A stretch of DNA of 64,000 bases from Eledone cirrhosa. Its lineage: Eukaryota. The stretch is from positions 33,542,001-33,606,000 of the forward strand of contig OZ024758.1 of assembly GCA_964016885.1 (NCBI GenBank), given 5' to 3'. Made by a program: the position numbers and the translations under genes. Position 1 is the stretch's first letter. Each line of letters begins with the position of its first letter. This document shows positions 40,401-54,605 of this stretch, piece by piece. The notes beneath the pieces were generated by a model. The model saw nothing but the letters and a program-made list of their open reading frames with translations, was not told where the DNA came from and made no database searches.

Positions 40401-43400
40401 AGAAGTAACTCCACTGTTGGTGAGAATTCATTTAAGTCATGGTATTAGTTGTCAGAAGTAACTCCAATGTTGGTGAGAATTCATTTAAGTCATGGTACTA
40501 GCTGTCAGAAGTAACTCCAATGTTGGTGAGAATTCATTTAAGTTCATGGTATTAGCTGTCAGAAGGAACTCCACTGTTGGTGAGAATTCATTTAAGTTCA
40601 TGGTATTAGCTGTCAGAAGTAACTCCACCGTTGGTGAGAATTCATTTAAGTTCATGGTACTAGCTGTCAGAAGTAACTCCACTGTTGGTGAGAATTCATT
40701 TAAGTCATGGTATTAGCTGTCAGAAGTAACTCCAATGTTGGTGAGAATTCATTTAAGTTCATGGTATTAGCTGTCAGAAGTAACTCCACTGTTGGTGAGA
40801 ATTCATTTAAGTTCATGGTATTAGCTGTCAGAAGTAACTCCACTGTTGGTGAGAATTCATTTAAGTTCATGTTACTAGCTGTCAGAAGTAACTCCACTGT
40901 TGGTGAGAATTCATTTAAGTTCATGGTATTAGCTGTCAGAAGTAACTCCAATGTTGGTGAGAATTCATTTAAGTTCATGGTATTAGCTGTCAGAAGTAAC
41001 TCCACTGTTGGTGAGAATTCATTTAAGTTCATGGTATTAGCTGTCAGAAGTAACTCCACTGTTGGTGAGAATTCATTTAAGTTCATGGTATTAGCTGTCA
41101 GAAGTAACTCCACTGTTGGTGAGAATTCATTTAAGTTCATGGTACTAGCTGTCAGAAGTAACTCCACTGTTGGTGAGAATTCATTTACGTTCATGGTATT
41201 AGTTTGTCAGAAGTAACTCCACTGTTGGTGAGAATTCATTTAAGTTCATAGTATTAGCTGTCAGAAGGTACGCCACTGTTGGTGAGAATTCATTTAAGTT
41301 CATGGTATTAGCTGTCAGAAGTAACTCCACTGTTGGTGAGAATCCATTTAAGTTCATGGTATTAGCTGTCAGAAGTAACTCCACTGTTGGTGAGAATTCA
41401 TTTAAGTTCATGTTACTAGCTGTCAGAAGTAACTCCACTGTTGGTGAGAATTCATTTAAGTTCATGGTATTAGCTGTCAGAAGTAACTCCAATGTTGGTG
41501 AGAATTCATTTAAGTTCATGGTATTAGCTGTCAGAAGTAACTCCACTGTTGGTGAGAATTCATTTAAGTTCATGGTATTAGCTGTCAGAAGTAACTCCAC
41601 TGTTGGTGAGAATTCATTTAAGTTCATGGTACTAGCTGTCAGAAGTAACTCCACTGTTGGTGAGAATTCATTTAAGTTCATGGTACTAGCTGTCAGAAGT
41701 AACTCCACTGTTGGTGAGAAATCATTTAAGTTCATGGTACTAGCTGTCAGAAGTAACTCCAATGTTGGTGAGAATTCATTTAAGTTCATGGTATTAGCTG
41801 TCAGAAGTAACTTCACTGTTGGTGAGAATTCATTTAAGTTCATGGTACTAGCTGTCAGAAGTAACTCCAATGTTGGTGAGAATTCATTTAAGTTCATGGT
41901 ATTAGCTGTCAGAAGTCACTCCAATGTTGGTGAGAATTCATTTAAGTTCATGGTATTAGCTGTCAGAAGTCACTCCACTGTTGGTGAGAATTCATTTAAG
42001 TTCATGGTACTAGCTGTCAGAAGTAACACCAATGTTTGTGAGAATTCATTTAAGTTCATGGTATTAGCTGTCAGAAGTCACTCCAATGTTGGTGAGAATT
42101 CATTTAAGTTCATGGTATTAGCTGTCAGAAGTAACTCCACTGTTGGTGAGAATTCATTTAAGTTCATGGTATTAGCTGTCAGAATTAACTCCACTGTTGG
42201 TGAGAATTCATTTAAGTTCATGGTATTAGCTGTCAGAAGTAACTCCACTGTTGGTGAGAATTCATTTAAGTTCATGGTATTAGCTGTCAGAAGTAACTCC
42301 ACTGTTGGTGAGAATTCATTTAAGTCATGGTATTAGCTGTCAGAAGTAACTCCAATGTTGGTGAGAATTCATTTAAGTTCATGGTATTAGCTGTCAGAAG
42401 TAACTCCACTGTTGGTGAGAATTCATTTAAGTTCATGGTATTAGCTGTCAGAAGTAACTCCACTGTTGGTGAGAATTCATTTAAGTTCATGGTACTAGCT
42501 GTCAGAAGTAACTCCAATGTTGGTGAGAATTCATTTAAGTCATGGTATTAGCTGTCAGAAGTAACTCCATTGTTGGTGAGAATTCATTTAAGTCATGGCA
42601 CTAGCTGTCAGAAGTAACTCCACTGTTGGTGAGAATTCATTTAAGTTCATGGTATTAGCTGTCAGAAGGAACTCCACTGTTGGTGAGAATTCATTTAAGT
42701 TCATGGTACTAGCTGTCAGAAGTAACTCCACTGTTGGTGAGAATTCATTTAAGTTCATGGTATTAGTTTGTCAGAAGTAACTCCACTGTTGGTGAGAATT
42801 CATTTAAGTCATGGTATTAGTTGTCAGAAGTAACTCCAATGTTGGTGAGAATTCATTTAAGTCATGGTACTAGCTGTCAGAAGTAACTCCAATGTTGGTG
42901 AGAATTCATTTAAGTTCATGGTATTAGCTGTCAGAAGGAACTCCACTGTTGGTGAGAATTCATTTAAGTTCATGGTATTAGCTGTCAGAAGTAACTCCAC
43001 CGTTGGTGAGAATTCATTTAAGTTCATGGTACTAGCTGTCAGAAGTAACTCCACTGTTGGTGAGAATTCATTTAAGTCATGGTATTAGCTGTCAGAAGTA
43101 ACTCCAATGTTGGTGAGAATTCATTTAAGTTCATGGTATTAGCTGTCAGAAGTAACTCCACTGTTGGTGAGAATTCATTTAAGTTCATGGTATTAGCTGT
43201 CAGAAGTAACTCCACTGTTGGTGAGAATTCATTTAAGTTCATGTTACTAGCTGTCAGAAGTAACTCCACTGTTGGTGAGAATTCATTTAAGTTCATGGTA
43301 TTAGCTGTCAGAAGTAACTCCAATGTTGGTGAGAATTCATTTAAGTTCATGGTATTAGCTGTCAGAAGTAACTCCACTGTTGGTGAGAATTCATTTAAGT

Positions 43401-43456
43401 TCATGGTATTAGCTGTCAGAAGTAACTCCACTGTTGGTGAGAATTCATTTAAGTTC
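37475..43456. repeat. 44-monomer (2372 bp) higher-order repeat, ~2.5 tandem copies
   Basis: ORF series 37583/39955/42327, 38335/40707/43079 and 38930/41302 are offset by 2372. Private variants AGGTACGCC, GAATCCATT, AACACCAATGTTTG and AGAATTAAC are shared. Confidence 0.92.
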
Positions 43457-46400
43457 ATGGTACTAGCTGTCAGAAGTAACTCCACTGTTGGTGAGAATTC
43501 ATTTAAGTTCATGGTACTAGCTGTCAGAAGTAACTCCACTGTTGGTGAGAATTCATTTAAGTTCATGGTATTAGCTGTCAGAAGTCACTCCAATGTTGGT
43601 GAGAATTCATTTAAGTTCATGGTATTAGCTGTCAGAAGTCACTCCACTGTTGGTGAGAATTCATTTAAGTTCATGGTACTAGCTGTCAGAAGTAACCCCA
43701 ATGTTTGTGAGAATTCATTTAAGTTCATGGTATTAGCTGTCAGAAGTCACTCCAATGTTGGTGAGAATTCATTTAAGTTCATGGTATTAGCTGTCAGAAG
43801 TAACTCCACTGTTGGTGAGAATTCATTTAAGTTCATGGTATTAGCTGTCAGAAGTAACTCCACTGTTGGTGAGAATTCATTTAAGTTCATGGTATTAGCT
43901 GTCAGAAGTAACTCCACTGTTGGTGAGAATTCATTTAAGTTCATGGTATTAGCTGTCAGAAGTAACTTCACTGTTGGTGAGAATTCATTTAAGTCATGGT
44001 ATTAGCTGTCAGAAGTAACTCCAATGTTGGTGAGAATTCATTTAAGTTCATGGTATTAGCTGTCAGAAGTAACTCCACTGTTGGTGAGAATTCATTTAAG
44101 TTCATGGTATTAGTTGTCAGAAGTAACTCCAATGTTGGTGAGAATTCATTTAAGTTCATGGTACTAGCTGTCAGAAGTAACTCCATTGTTGGTGAGAATT
44201 CATTTAAGTTCATGGTACTAGCTGTCAGAAGTAACTCCACTGTTGGTGAGAATTCATTTAAGTTCATGGTATTAGTTTGTCAGAAGTAACTCCACTGTTG
44301 GTGAGAATTCATTTAAGTCATGGTATTAGTTGTCAGAAGTAACTCCAATGTTGGTGAGAATTCATTTAAGTCATGGTACTAGCTGTCAGAAGTAACTCCA
44401 ATGTTGGTGAGAATTCATTTAAGTTCATGGTATTAGCTGTCAGAAGGAACTCCACTGTTGGTGAGAATTCATTTAAGTTCATGGTATTAGCTGTCAGAAG
44501 TAACTCAACTGTTGGTGAGAATTCATTTAAATTCATGGTACTAGCTGTCAGAAGTAACTCCAATGTTGGTGAGAATTCATTTAAGTTCATGGTATTAGCT
44601 GTCAGAAGTAACTCCACTGTTGGTGAGAATTCATTTAAGTCATGGTATTAGCTGTCAGAAGTAACTCCAATGTTGGTGAGAATTCATTTAAGTTCATGGT
44701 ATTAGCTGTCAGAAGTAACTCCACTGTTGGTGAGAATTCATTTAAGTTCATGGTATTAGCTGTCAGAAGTAACTCCACTGTTGGTGAGAATTCATTTAAG
44801 TTCATGGTATTAGCTGTCAGAAGGAACTCCACTGTTGGTGAGAATTCATTTAAGTTCATGGTACTAGCTGTCAGAAGTAACTCCACTGTTGGTGAGAATT
44901 CATTTAAGTTCATGGTATTAGCTGTCAGAAGTAACTCCACTGTTGGTGAGAATTCATTTAAGTTCATGGTATTAGCTGTCAGAAGGAACTCCAATGTTGG
45001 TGAGAATTCATTTAAGTCATGGTACAAGCTGTCAGAAGTAACTCCACTGTTGGTGAGAATTCATTTAAGTTCATGGTATTAGCTGTCAGAAGGAACGCCA
45101 CTGTTGGTGAGAATTCATTTAAGTTCATGGTATTAGCTGTCAGAAGTAACTCCACTGTTGGTGAGAATTCATTTAAGTTCATGGTACTAGCTGTCAGAAG
45201 TAACTCCAATGTTGGTGAGAATTCATTTAAGTTCATGGTATTAGCTGTCAGAAGGAACTCCACTGTTGGTGAGAATTCATTTAAGTTCATGGTATTAGCT
45301 GTCAGAAGTAACTCCACCGTTGGTGAGAATTCATTTATGTTCATGGTACTAGTTGTCAGAAGTAACTCCACTGTTGGTGAGAATATATTTAAGTTCATGG
45401 TATTAGTTGTCAGAAGTAACTCCACTGTTGGTGAGAATTCATTTAAGTCATGGTATCAGTTGTCAGAAGTAACTCCAATGTTGGTGAGAATTCATTTAAG
45501 TTCATGGTACTAGCTGTCAGAAGTAACTCCACTGTTGGTGAGAATTCATTTAAGTTCATGGTATTAGCTGTCAGAAGTAACTCCACTGTTGGTGAGAATT
45601 CATTTAAGTCATGGTATTAGCTGTCAGAAGTAACTCCATTGTTGGTGAGCATTCATTTAAGTCATGGTACTAGCTGTCAGAAGTAACTCCACTGTTGGTG
45701 AGAATTCATTTAAGTTCATGGTATTAGCTGTCAGAAGTCACTCCACTGTTGGTGAGAATTCATTTAAGTTCATGGTACTAGCTGTCAGAAGTAACTCCAC
45801 TGTTGGTGAGAATTCATTTAAGTTCATGGTATTAGTTTGTCAGAAGTAACTCCACTGTTGGTGAGAATTCATTTAAGTCATGGTATTAGTTGTCAGAAGT
45901 AACTCCAATGTTGGTGAGAATTCATTTAAGTCATGGTACTAGCTGTCAGAAGTAACTCCAATGTTGGTGAGAATTCATTTAAGTTCATGGTATTAGCTGT
46001 CAGAAGGAACTCCACTGTTGGTGAGAATTCATTTAAGTTCATGGAATTAGCTGTCAGAAGTAACTCCACTGTTGGTGAGAATTCATTTAAGTTCATGGTA
46101 CTAGCTGTCAGAAGTAACTCCAATGTTGGTGAGAATTCATTTAAGTTCATGGTATTAGCTGTCAGAAGTAACTCCACTGTTGGTGAGAATTCATTTAAGT
46201 CATGGTATTAGCTGTCAGAAGTAACTCCACTGTTGGTGAGAATTCAGTTAAGTTCATGGTACTAGCTGTCAGAAGTAACTCCACTGTTGGTGAGAATTCA
46301 TTTAAGTTCATGGTATTAGTTTGTCAGAAGTAACTCCACTGTTGGTGAGAATTCATTTAAGTTCATAGTATTAGCTGTCAGAAGGAACGCCACTGTTGGT

Positions 46401-47821
46401 GAGAATTCATTTAAGTTCATGGTATTAGCTGTCAGAAGTAACTCCACTGTTGGTGAGAATTCATTTAAGTTCATGGTACTAGCTGTCAGAAGTAACTCCA
46501 ATGTTGGTGAGAATTCATTTAAGTTCATGGTATTAGCTGTCAGAAGGAACTCCACTGTTGGTGAGAATTCATTTAAGTTCATGGTATTAGCTGTCAGAAG
46601 TAACTCCACTGTTGGTGAGAATTCATTTAAGTTCATGGTACTAGCTGTCAGAAGTAACTCCAATGTTGGTGAGAATTCATTTAAGTTCATGGTATTAGCT
46701 GTCAGAAGTCACTCCACTGTTGGTGAGAATTCATTTAAGTTCATGGTATTAGCTGTCAGAAGTCACTCCACTGTTGGTGAGAATTCATTTAAGTTCATGG
46801 TACTAGCTGTCAGAAGTAATCCCAATGTTTGTGAGAATTCATTTAAGTTCATGGTATTAGCTGTCAGAAGTCACTCCAATGTTGGTGAGAATTCATTTAA
46901 GTTCATGGTATTAGCTGTCAGAAGTAACTCCACTGTTGGTGAGAATTCATTTAAGTTCATGGTATTAGCTGTCAGAAGTAACTCCACTGTTGGTGAGAAT
47001 TCATTTAAGTTCATGGTATTAGCTGTCAGAAGTAACTCCACTGTTGGTGAGAATTCATTTAAGTTCATGGTATTAGCTGTCAGAAGTAACTCCACTGTTG
47101 GTGAGAATTCATTTAAGTCATGGTATTAGCTGTCAGAAGTAACTCCAATGTTGGTGAGAATTCATTTAAGTTCATGGTATTAGCTGTCAGAAGTAACTCC
47201 ACTGTTGGTGAGAATTCATTTAAGTTCATGGTATTAGCTGTCAGAAGTAACTCCACTGTTGGTGAGAATTCATTTAAGTTCATGGTACTAGCTGTCAGAA
47301 GTAACTCCACTGTTGGTGAGAATTCATTTACGTTCATGGTATTAGTTTGTCAGAAGTAACTCCACTGTTGGTGAGAATTCATTTAAGTTCATAGTATTAG
47401 CTGTCAGAAGGAACGCCACTGTTGGTGAGAATTCATTTAAGTTCATGGTATTAGCTGTCAGAAGTAACTCCACTGTTGGTGAGAATTCATTTAAGTTCAT
47501 GGTACTAGCTGTCAGAAGTAACTCCAATGTTGGTGAGAATTCATTTAAGTTCATGGTATTAGCTGTCAGAAGGAACTCCACTGTTGGTGAGAATTCATTT
47601 AAGTTCATGGTATTAGCTGTCAGAAGTAACTCAATTGTTGGTGAGAATTCATTTAAGTCATGGTACTAGCTGTCAGAAGTAACTCCACTGTTGGTGAGAA
47701 TTCATTTAAGTTCATGGTATTAGTTTGTCAGAAGTAACTCCACTGTTGGTGAGAATTCATTTAAGTCATGGTATTAGTTGTCAGAAGTAACTCCAATGTT
47801 GGTGAGAATTCATTTAAGTTC

Positions 47822-50800
47822 ATGGTACTAGCTGTCAGAAGTAACTCCATTGTTGGTGAGAATTCATTTAAGTTCATGGTACTAGCTGTCAGAAGTAACT
47901 CCACTGTTGGTGAGAATTCATTTAAGTTCATGGTATTAGTTTGTCAGAAGTAACTCCACTGTTGGTGAGAATTCATTTAAGTCATGGTATTAGTTGTCAG
48001 AAGTAACTCCAATGTTGGTGAGAATTCATTTAAGTCATGGTACTAGCTGTCAGAAGTAACTCCAATGTTGGTGAGAATTCATTTAAGTTCATGGTATTAG
48101 CTGTCAGAAGGAACTCCACTGTTGGTGAGAATTCATTTAAGTTCATGGTATTAGCTGTCAGAAGTAACTCAACTGTTGGTGAGAATTCATTTAAGTTCAT
48201 GGTACTAGCTGTCAGAAGTAACTCCAATGTTGGTGAGAATTCATTTAAGTTCATGGTATTAGCTGTCAGAAGTAACTCCACTGTTGGTGAGAATTCATTT
48301 AAGTCATGGTATTAGCTGTCAGAAGTAACTCCAATGTTGGTGAGAATTCATTTAAGTTCATGGTATTAGCTGTCAGAAGTAACTCCACTGTTGGTGAGAA
48401 TTCATTTAAGTTCATGGTATTAGCTGTCAGAAGTAACTCCACTGTTGGTGAGAATTCATTTAAGTTCATGGTATTAGCTGTCAGAAGGAACTCCACTGTT
48501 GGTGAGAATTCATTTAAGTTCATGGTACTAGCTGTCAGAAGTAACTCCACTGTTGGTGAGAATTCATTTAAGTTCATGGTATTAGCTGTCAGAAGTAACT
48601 CCACTGTTGGTGAGAATTCATTTAAGTTCATGGTATTAGCTGTCAGAAGGAACTCCAATGTTGGTGAGAATTCATTTAAGTCATGGTACTAGCTGTCAGA
48701 AGTAACTCCACTGTTGGTGAGAATTCATTTAAGTTCATGGTATTAGCTGTCAGAAGTAACTCCAATGTTGGTGAGAATTCATTTAAGTTCATGGTATTAG
48801 CTGTCAGAAGTAACTCCACTGTTGGTGAGAATTCATTTAAGTTCATGGTATTAGCTGTCAGAAGTAACTCCACTGTTGGTGAGAATTCATTTAAGTTCAT
48901 GGTACTAGCTGTCAGAAGTAACTCCACTGTTGGTGAGAATTCATTTAAGTTCATGGTACTAGCTGTCAGAAGTAACTCCACTGTTGGTGAGAATTCATTT
49001 AAGTTCATGGTATTAGCTGTCAGAAGTCACTCCAATGTTGGTGAGAATTCATTTAAGTTCATGGTATTAGCTGTCAGAAGTCACTCCACTGTTGGTGAGA
49101 ATTCATTTAAGTTCATGGTACTAGCTGTCAGAAGTAACCCCAATGTTTGTGAGAATTCATTTAAGTTCATGGTATTAGCTGTCAGAAGTCACTCCAATGT
49201 TGGTGAGAATTCATTTAAGTTCATGGTATTAGCTGTCAGAAGTAACTCCACTGTTGGTGAGAATTCATTTAAGTTCATGGTATTAGCTGTCAGAAGTAAC
49301 TCCACTGTTGGTGAGAATTCATTTAAGTTCATGGTATTAGCTGTCAGAAGTAACTCCACTGTTGGTGAGAATTCATTTAAGTTCATGGTATTAGCTGTCA
49401 GAAGTAACTTCACTGTTGGTGAGAATTCATTTAAGTCATGGTATTAGCTGTCAGAAGTAACTCCAATGTTGGTGAGAATTCATTTAAGTTCATGGTATTA
49501 GCTGTCAGAAGTAACTCCACTGTTGGTGAGAATTCATTTAAGTTCATGGTATTAGTTGTCAGAAGTAACTCCAATGTTGGTGAGAATTCATTTAAGTTCA
49601 TGGTACTAGCTGTCAGAAGTAACTCCATTGTTGGTGAGAATTCATTTAAGTTCATGGTACTAGCTGTCAGAAGTAACTCCACTGTTGGTGAGAATTCATT
49701 TAAGTTCATGGTATTAGTTTGTCAGAAGTAACTCCACTGTTGGTGAGAATTCATTTAAGTCATGGTATTAGTTGTCAGAAGTAACTCCAATGTTGGTGAG
49801 AATTCATTTAAGTCATGGTACTAGCTGTCAGAAGTAACTCCAATGTTGGTGAGAATTCATTTAAGTTCATGGTATTAGCTGTCAGAAGGAACTCCACTGT
49901 TGGTGAGAATTCATTTAAGTTCATGGTATTAGCTGTCAGAAGTAACTCAACTGTTGGTGAGAATTCATTTAAATTCATGGTACTAGCTGTCAGAAGTAAC
50001 TCCAATGTTGGTGAGAATTCATTTAAGTTCATGGTATTAGCTGTCAGAAGTAACTCCACTGTTGGTGAGAATTCATTTAAGTCATGGTATTAGCTGTCAG
50101 AAGTAACTCCAATATTGGTGAGAATTCATTTAAGTTCATGGTATTAGCTGTCAGAAGTAACTCCACTGTTGGTGAGAATTCATTTAAGTTCATGGTATTA
50201 GCTGTCAGAAGTAACTCCACTGTTGGTGAGAATTCATTTAAGTTCATGGTATTAGCTGTCAGAAGGAACTCCACTGTTGGTGAGATTTCATTTAAGTTCA
50301 TGGTACTAGCTGTCAGAAGTAACTCCACTGTTGGTGAGAATTCATTTAAGTTCATGGTATTAGCTGTCAGAAGTAACTCCACTGTTGGTGAGAATTCATT
50401 TAAGTTCATGGTATTAGCTGTCAGAAGGAACTCCAATGTTGGTGAGAATTCATTTAAGTCATGGTACAAGCTGTCAGAAGTAACTCCACTGTTGGTGAGA
50501 ATTCATTTAAGTTCATGGTATTAGCTGTCAGAAGGAACGCCACTGTTGGTGAGAATTCATTTAAGTTCATGGTATTAGCTGTCAGAAGTAACTCCACTGT
50601 TGGTGAGAATTCATTTAAGTTCATGGTACTAGCTGTCAGAAGTAACTCCAATGTTGGTGAGAATTCATTTAAGTTCATGGTATTAGCTGTCAGAAGGAAC
50701 TCCACTGTTGGTGAGAATTCATTTAAGTTCATGGTATTAGCTGTCAGAAGTAACTCCACCGTTGGTGAGAATTCATTTATGTTCATGGTACTAGTTGTCA

Positions 50801-53800
50801 GAAGTAACTCCACTGTTGGTGAGAATATATTTAAGTTCATGGTATTAGTTGTCAGAAGTAACTCCACTGTTGGTGAGAATTCATTTAAGTCATGGTATCA
50901 GTTGTCAGAAGTAACTCCAATGTTGGTGAGAATTCATTTAAGTTCATGGTACTAGCTGTCAGAAGTAACTCCACTGTTGGTGAGAATTCATTTAAGTTCA
51001 TGGTATTAGCTGTCAGAAGTAACTCCACTGTTGGTGAGAATTCATTTAAGTCATGGTATTAGCTGTCAGAAGTAACTCCATTGTTGGTGAGCATTCATTT
51101 AAGTCATGGTACTAGCTGTCAGAAGTAACTCCACTGTTGGTGAGAATTCATTTAAGTTCATGGTATTAGCTGTCAGAAGTCACTCCACTGTTGGTGAGAA
51201 TTCATTTAAGTTCATGGTACTAGCTGTCAGAAGTAACTCCATTGTTGGTGAGAATTCATTTAAGTTCATGGTACTAGCTGTCAGAAGTAACTCCACTGTT
51301 GGTGAGAATTCATTTAAGTTCATGGTATTAGTTTGTCAGAAGTAACTCCACTGTTGGTGAGAATTCATTTAAGTCATGGTATTAGTTGTCAGAAGTAACT
51401 CCAATGTTGGTGAGAATTCATTTAAGTCATGGTACTAGCTGTCAGAAGTAACTCCAATGTTGGTGAGAATTCATTTAAGTTCATGGTATTAGCTGTCAGA
51501 AGGAACTCCACTGTTGGTGAGAATTCATTTAAGTTCATGGTATTAGCTGTCAGAAGTAACTCAACTGTTGGTGAGAATTCATTTAAGTTCATGGTACTAG
51601 CTGTCAGAAGTAACTCCAATGTTGGTGAGAATTCATTTAAGTTCATGGTATTAGCTGTCAGAAGTAACTCCACTGTTGGTGAGAATTCATTTAAGTCATG
51701 GTATTAGCTGTCAGAAGTAACTCCAATGTTGGTGAGAATTCATTTAAGTTCATGGTATTAGCTGTCAGAAGTAACTCCACTGTTGGTGAGAATTCATTTA
51801 AGTTCATGGTATTAGCTGTCAGAAGTAACTCCACTGTTGGTGAGAATTCATTTAAGTTCATGGTATTAGCTGTCAGAAGGAACTCCACTGTTGGTGAGAA
51901 TTCATTTAAGTTCATGGTACTAGCTGTCAGAAGTAACTCCACTGTTGGTGAGAATTCATTTAAGTTCATGGTATTAGCTGTCAGAAGTAACTCCACTGTT
52001 GGTGAGAATTCATTTAAGTTCATGGTATTAGCTGTCAGAAGGAACTCCAATGTTGGTGAGAATTCATTTAAGTCATGGTACTAGCTGTCAGAAGTAACTC
52101 CACTGTTGGTGAGAATTCATTTAAGTTCATGGTATTAGCTGTCAGAAGTAACTCCAATGTTGGTGAGAATTCATTTAAGTTCATGGTATTAGCTGTCAGA
52201 AGTAACTCCACTGTTGGTGAGAATTCATTTAAGTTCATGGTATTAGCTGTCAGAAGTAACTCCACTGTTGGTGAGAATTCATTTAAGTTCATGGTACTAG
52301 CTGTCAGAAGTAACTCCACTGTTGGTGAGAATTCATTTAAGTTCATGGTACTAGCTGTCAGAAGTAACTCCACTGTTGGTGAGAATTCATTTAAGTTCAT
52401 GGTATTAGCTGTCAGAAGTCACTCCAATGTTGGTGAGAATTCATTTAAGTTCATGGTATTAGCTGTCAGAAGTCACTCCACTGTTGGTGAGAATTCATTT
52501 AAGTTCATGGTACTAGCTGTCAGAAGTAACCCCAATGTTTGTGAGAATTCATTTAAGTTCATGGTATTAGCTGTCAGAAGTCACTCCAATGTTGGTGAGA
52601 ATTCATTTAAGTTCATGGTATTAGCTGTCAGAAGTAACTCCACTGTTGGTGAGAATTCATTTAAGTTCATGGTATTAGCTGTCAGAAGTAACTCCACTGT
52701 TGGTGAGAATTCATTTAAGTTCATGGTATTAGCTGTCAGAAGTAACTCCACTGTTGGTGAGAATTCATTTAAGTTCATGGTATTAGCTGTCAGAAGTAAC
52801 TTCACTGTTGGTGAGAATTCATTTAAGTCATGGTATTAGCTGTCAGAAGTAACTCCAATGTTGGTGAGAATTCATTTAAGTTCATGGTATTAGCTGTCAG
52901 AAGTAACTCCACTGTTGGTGAGAATTCATTTAAGTTCATGGTATTAGTTGTCAGAAGTAACTCCAATGTTGGTGAGAATTCATTTAAGTTCATGGTACTA
53001 GCTGTCAGAAGTAACTCCATTGTTGGTGAGAATTCATTTAAGTTCATGGTACTAGCTGTCAGAAGTAACTCCACTGTTGGTGAGAATTCATTTAAGTTCA
53101 TGGTATTAGTTTGTCAGAAGTAACTCCACTGTTGGTGAGAATTCATTTAAGTCATGGTATTAGTTGTCAGAAGTAACTCCAATGTTGGTGAGAATTCATT
53201 TAAGTCATGGTACTAGCTGTCAGAAGTAACTCCAATGTTGGTGAGAATTCATTTAAGTTCATGGTATTAGCTGTCAGAAGGAACTCCACTGTTGGTGAGA
53301 ATTCATTTAAGTTCATGGTATTAGCTGTCAGAAGTAACTCAACTGTTGGTGAGAATTCATTTAAATTCATGGTACTAGCTGTCAGAAGTAACTCCAATGT
53401 TGGTGAGAATTCATTTAAGTTCATGGTATTAGCTGTCAGAAGTAACTCCACTGTTGGTGAGAATTCATTTAAGTCATGGTATTAGCTGTCAGAAGTAACT
53501 CCAATATTGGTGAGAATTCATTTAAGTTCATGGTATTAGCTGTCAGAAGTAACTCCACTGTTGGTGAGAATTCATTTAAGTTCATGGTATTAGCTGTCAG
53601 AAGTAACTCCACTGTTGGTGAGAATTCATTTAAGTTCATGGTATTAGCTGTCAGAAGGAACTCCACTGTTGGTGAGATTTCATTTAAGTTCATGGTACTA
53701 GCTGTCAGAAGTAACTCCACTGTTGGTGAGAATTCATTTAAGTTCATGGTATTAGCTGTCAGAAGTAACTCCACTGTTGGTGAGAATTCATTTAAGTTCA

Positions 53801-54605
53801 TGGTATTAGCTGTCAGAAGGAACTCCAATGTTGGTGAGAATTCATTTAAGTCATGGTACAAGCTGTCAGAAGTAACTCCACTGTTGGTGAGAATTCATTT
53901 AAGTTCATGGTATTAGCTGTCAGAAGGAACGCCACTGTTGGTGAGAATTCATTTAAGTTCATGGTATTAGCTGTCAGAAGTAACTCCACTGTTGGTGAGA
54001 ATTCATTTAAGTTCATGGTACTAGCTGTCAGAAGTAACTCCAATGTTGGTGAGAATTCATTTAAGTTCATGGTATTAGCTGTCAGAAGGAACTCCACTGT
54101 TGGTGAGAATTCATTTAAGTTCATGGTATTAGCTGTCAGAAGTAACTCCACCGTTGGTGAGAATTCATTTATGTTCATGGTACTAGTTGTCAGAAGTAAC
54201 TCCACTGTTGGTGAGAATATATTTAAGTTCATGGTATTAGTTGTCAGAAGTAACTCCACTGTTGGTGAGAATTCATTTAAGTCATGGTATCAGTTGTCAG
54301 AAGTAACTCCAATGTTGGTGAGAATTCATTTAAGTTCATGGTACTAGCTGTCAGAAGTAACTCCACTGTTGGTGAGAATTCATTTAAGTTCATGGTATTA
54401 GCTGTCAGAAGTAACTCCACTGTTGGTGAGAATTCATTTAAGTCATGGTATTAGCTGTCAGAAGTAACTCCATTGTTGGTGAGCATTCATTTAAGTCATG
54501 GTACTAGCTGTCAGAAGTAACTCCACTGTTGGTGAGAATTCATTTAAGTTCATGGTATTAGCTGTCAGAAGTCACTCCACTGTTGGTGAGAATTCATTTA
54601 AGTTC
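47822..54605. repeat. 63-monomer (3392 bp) tandem duplication nested in a larger 5442/8834-bp duplication
   Basis: ORF pairs 48037/51429, 48683/52075, 49438/52830, 50084/53476 and 50461/53853 are all offset by 3392. Pair 43996/49438 is offset by 5442. Pairs 46419/55253 and 48306/57140 are offset by 8834. Confidence 0.9.
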
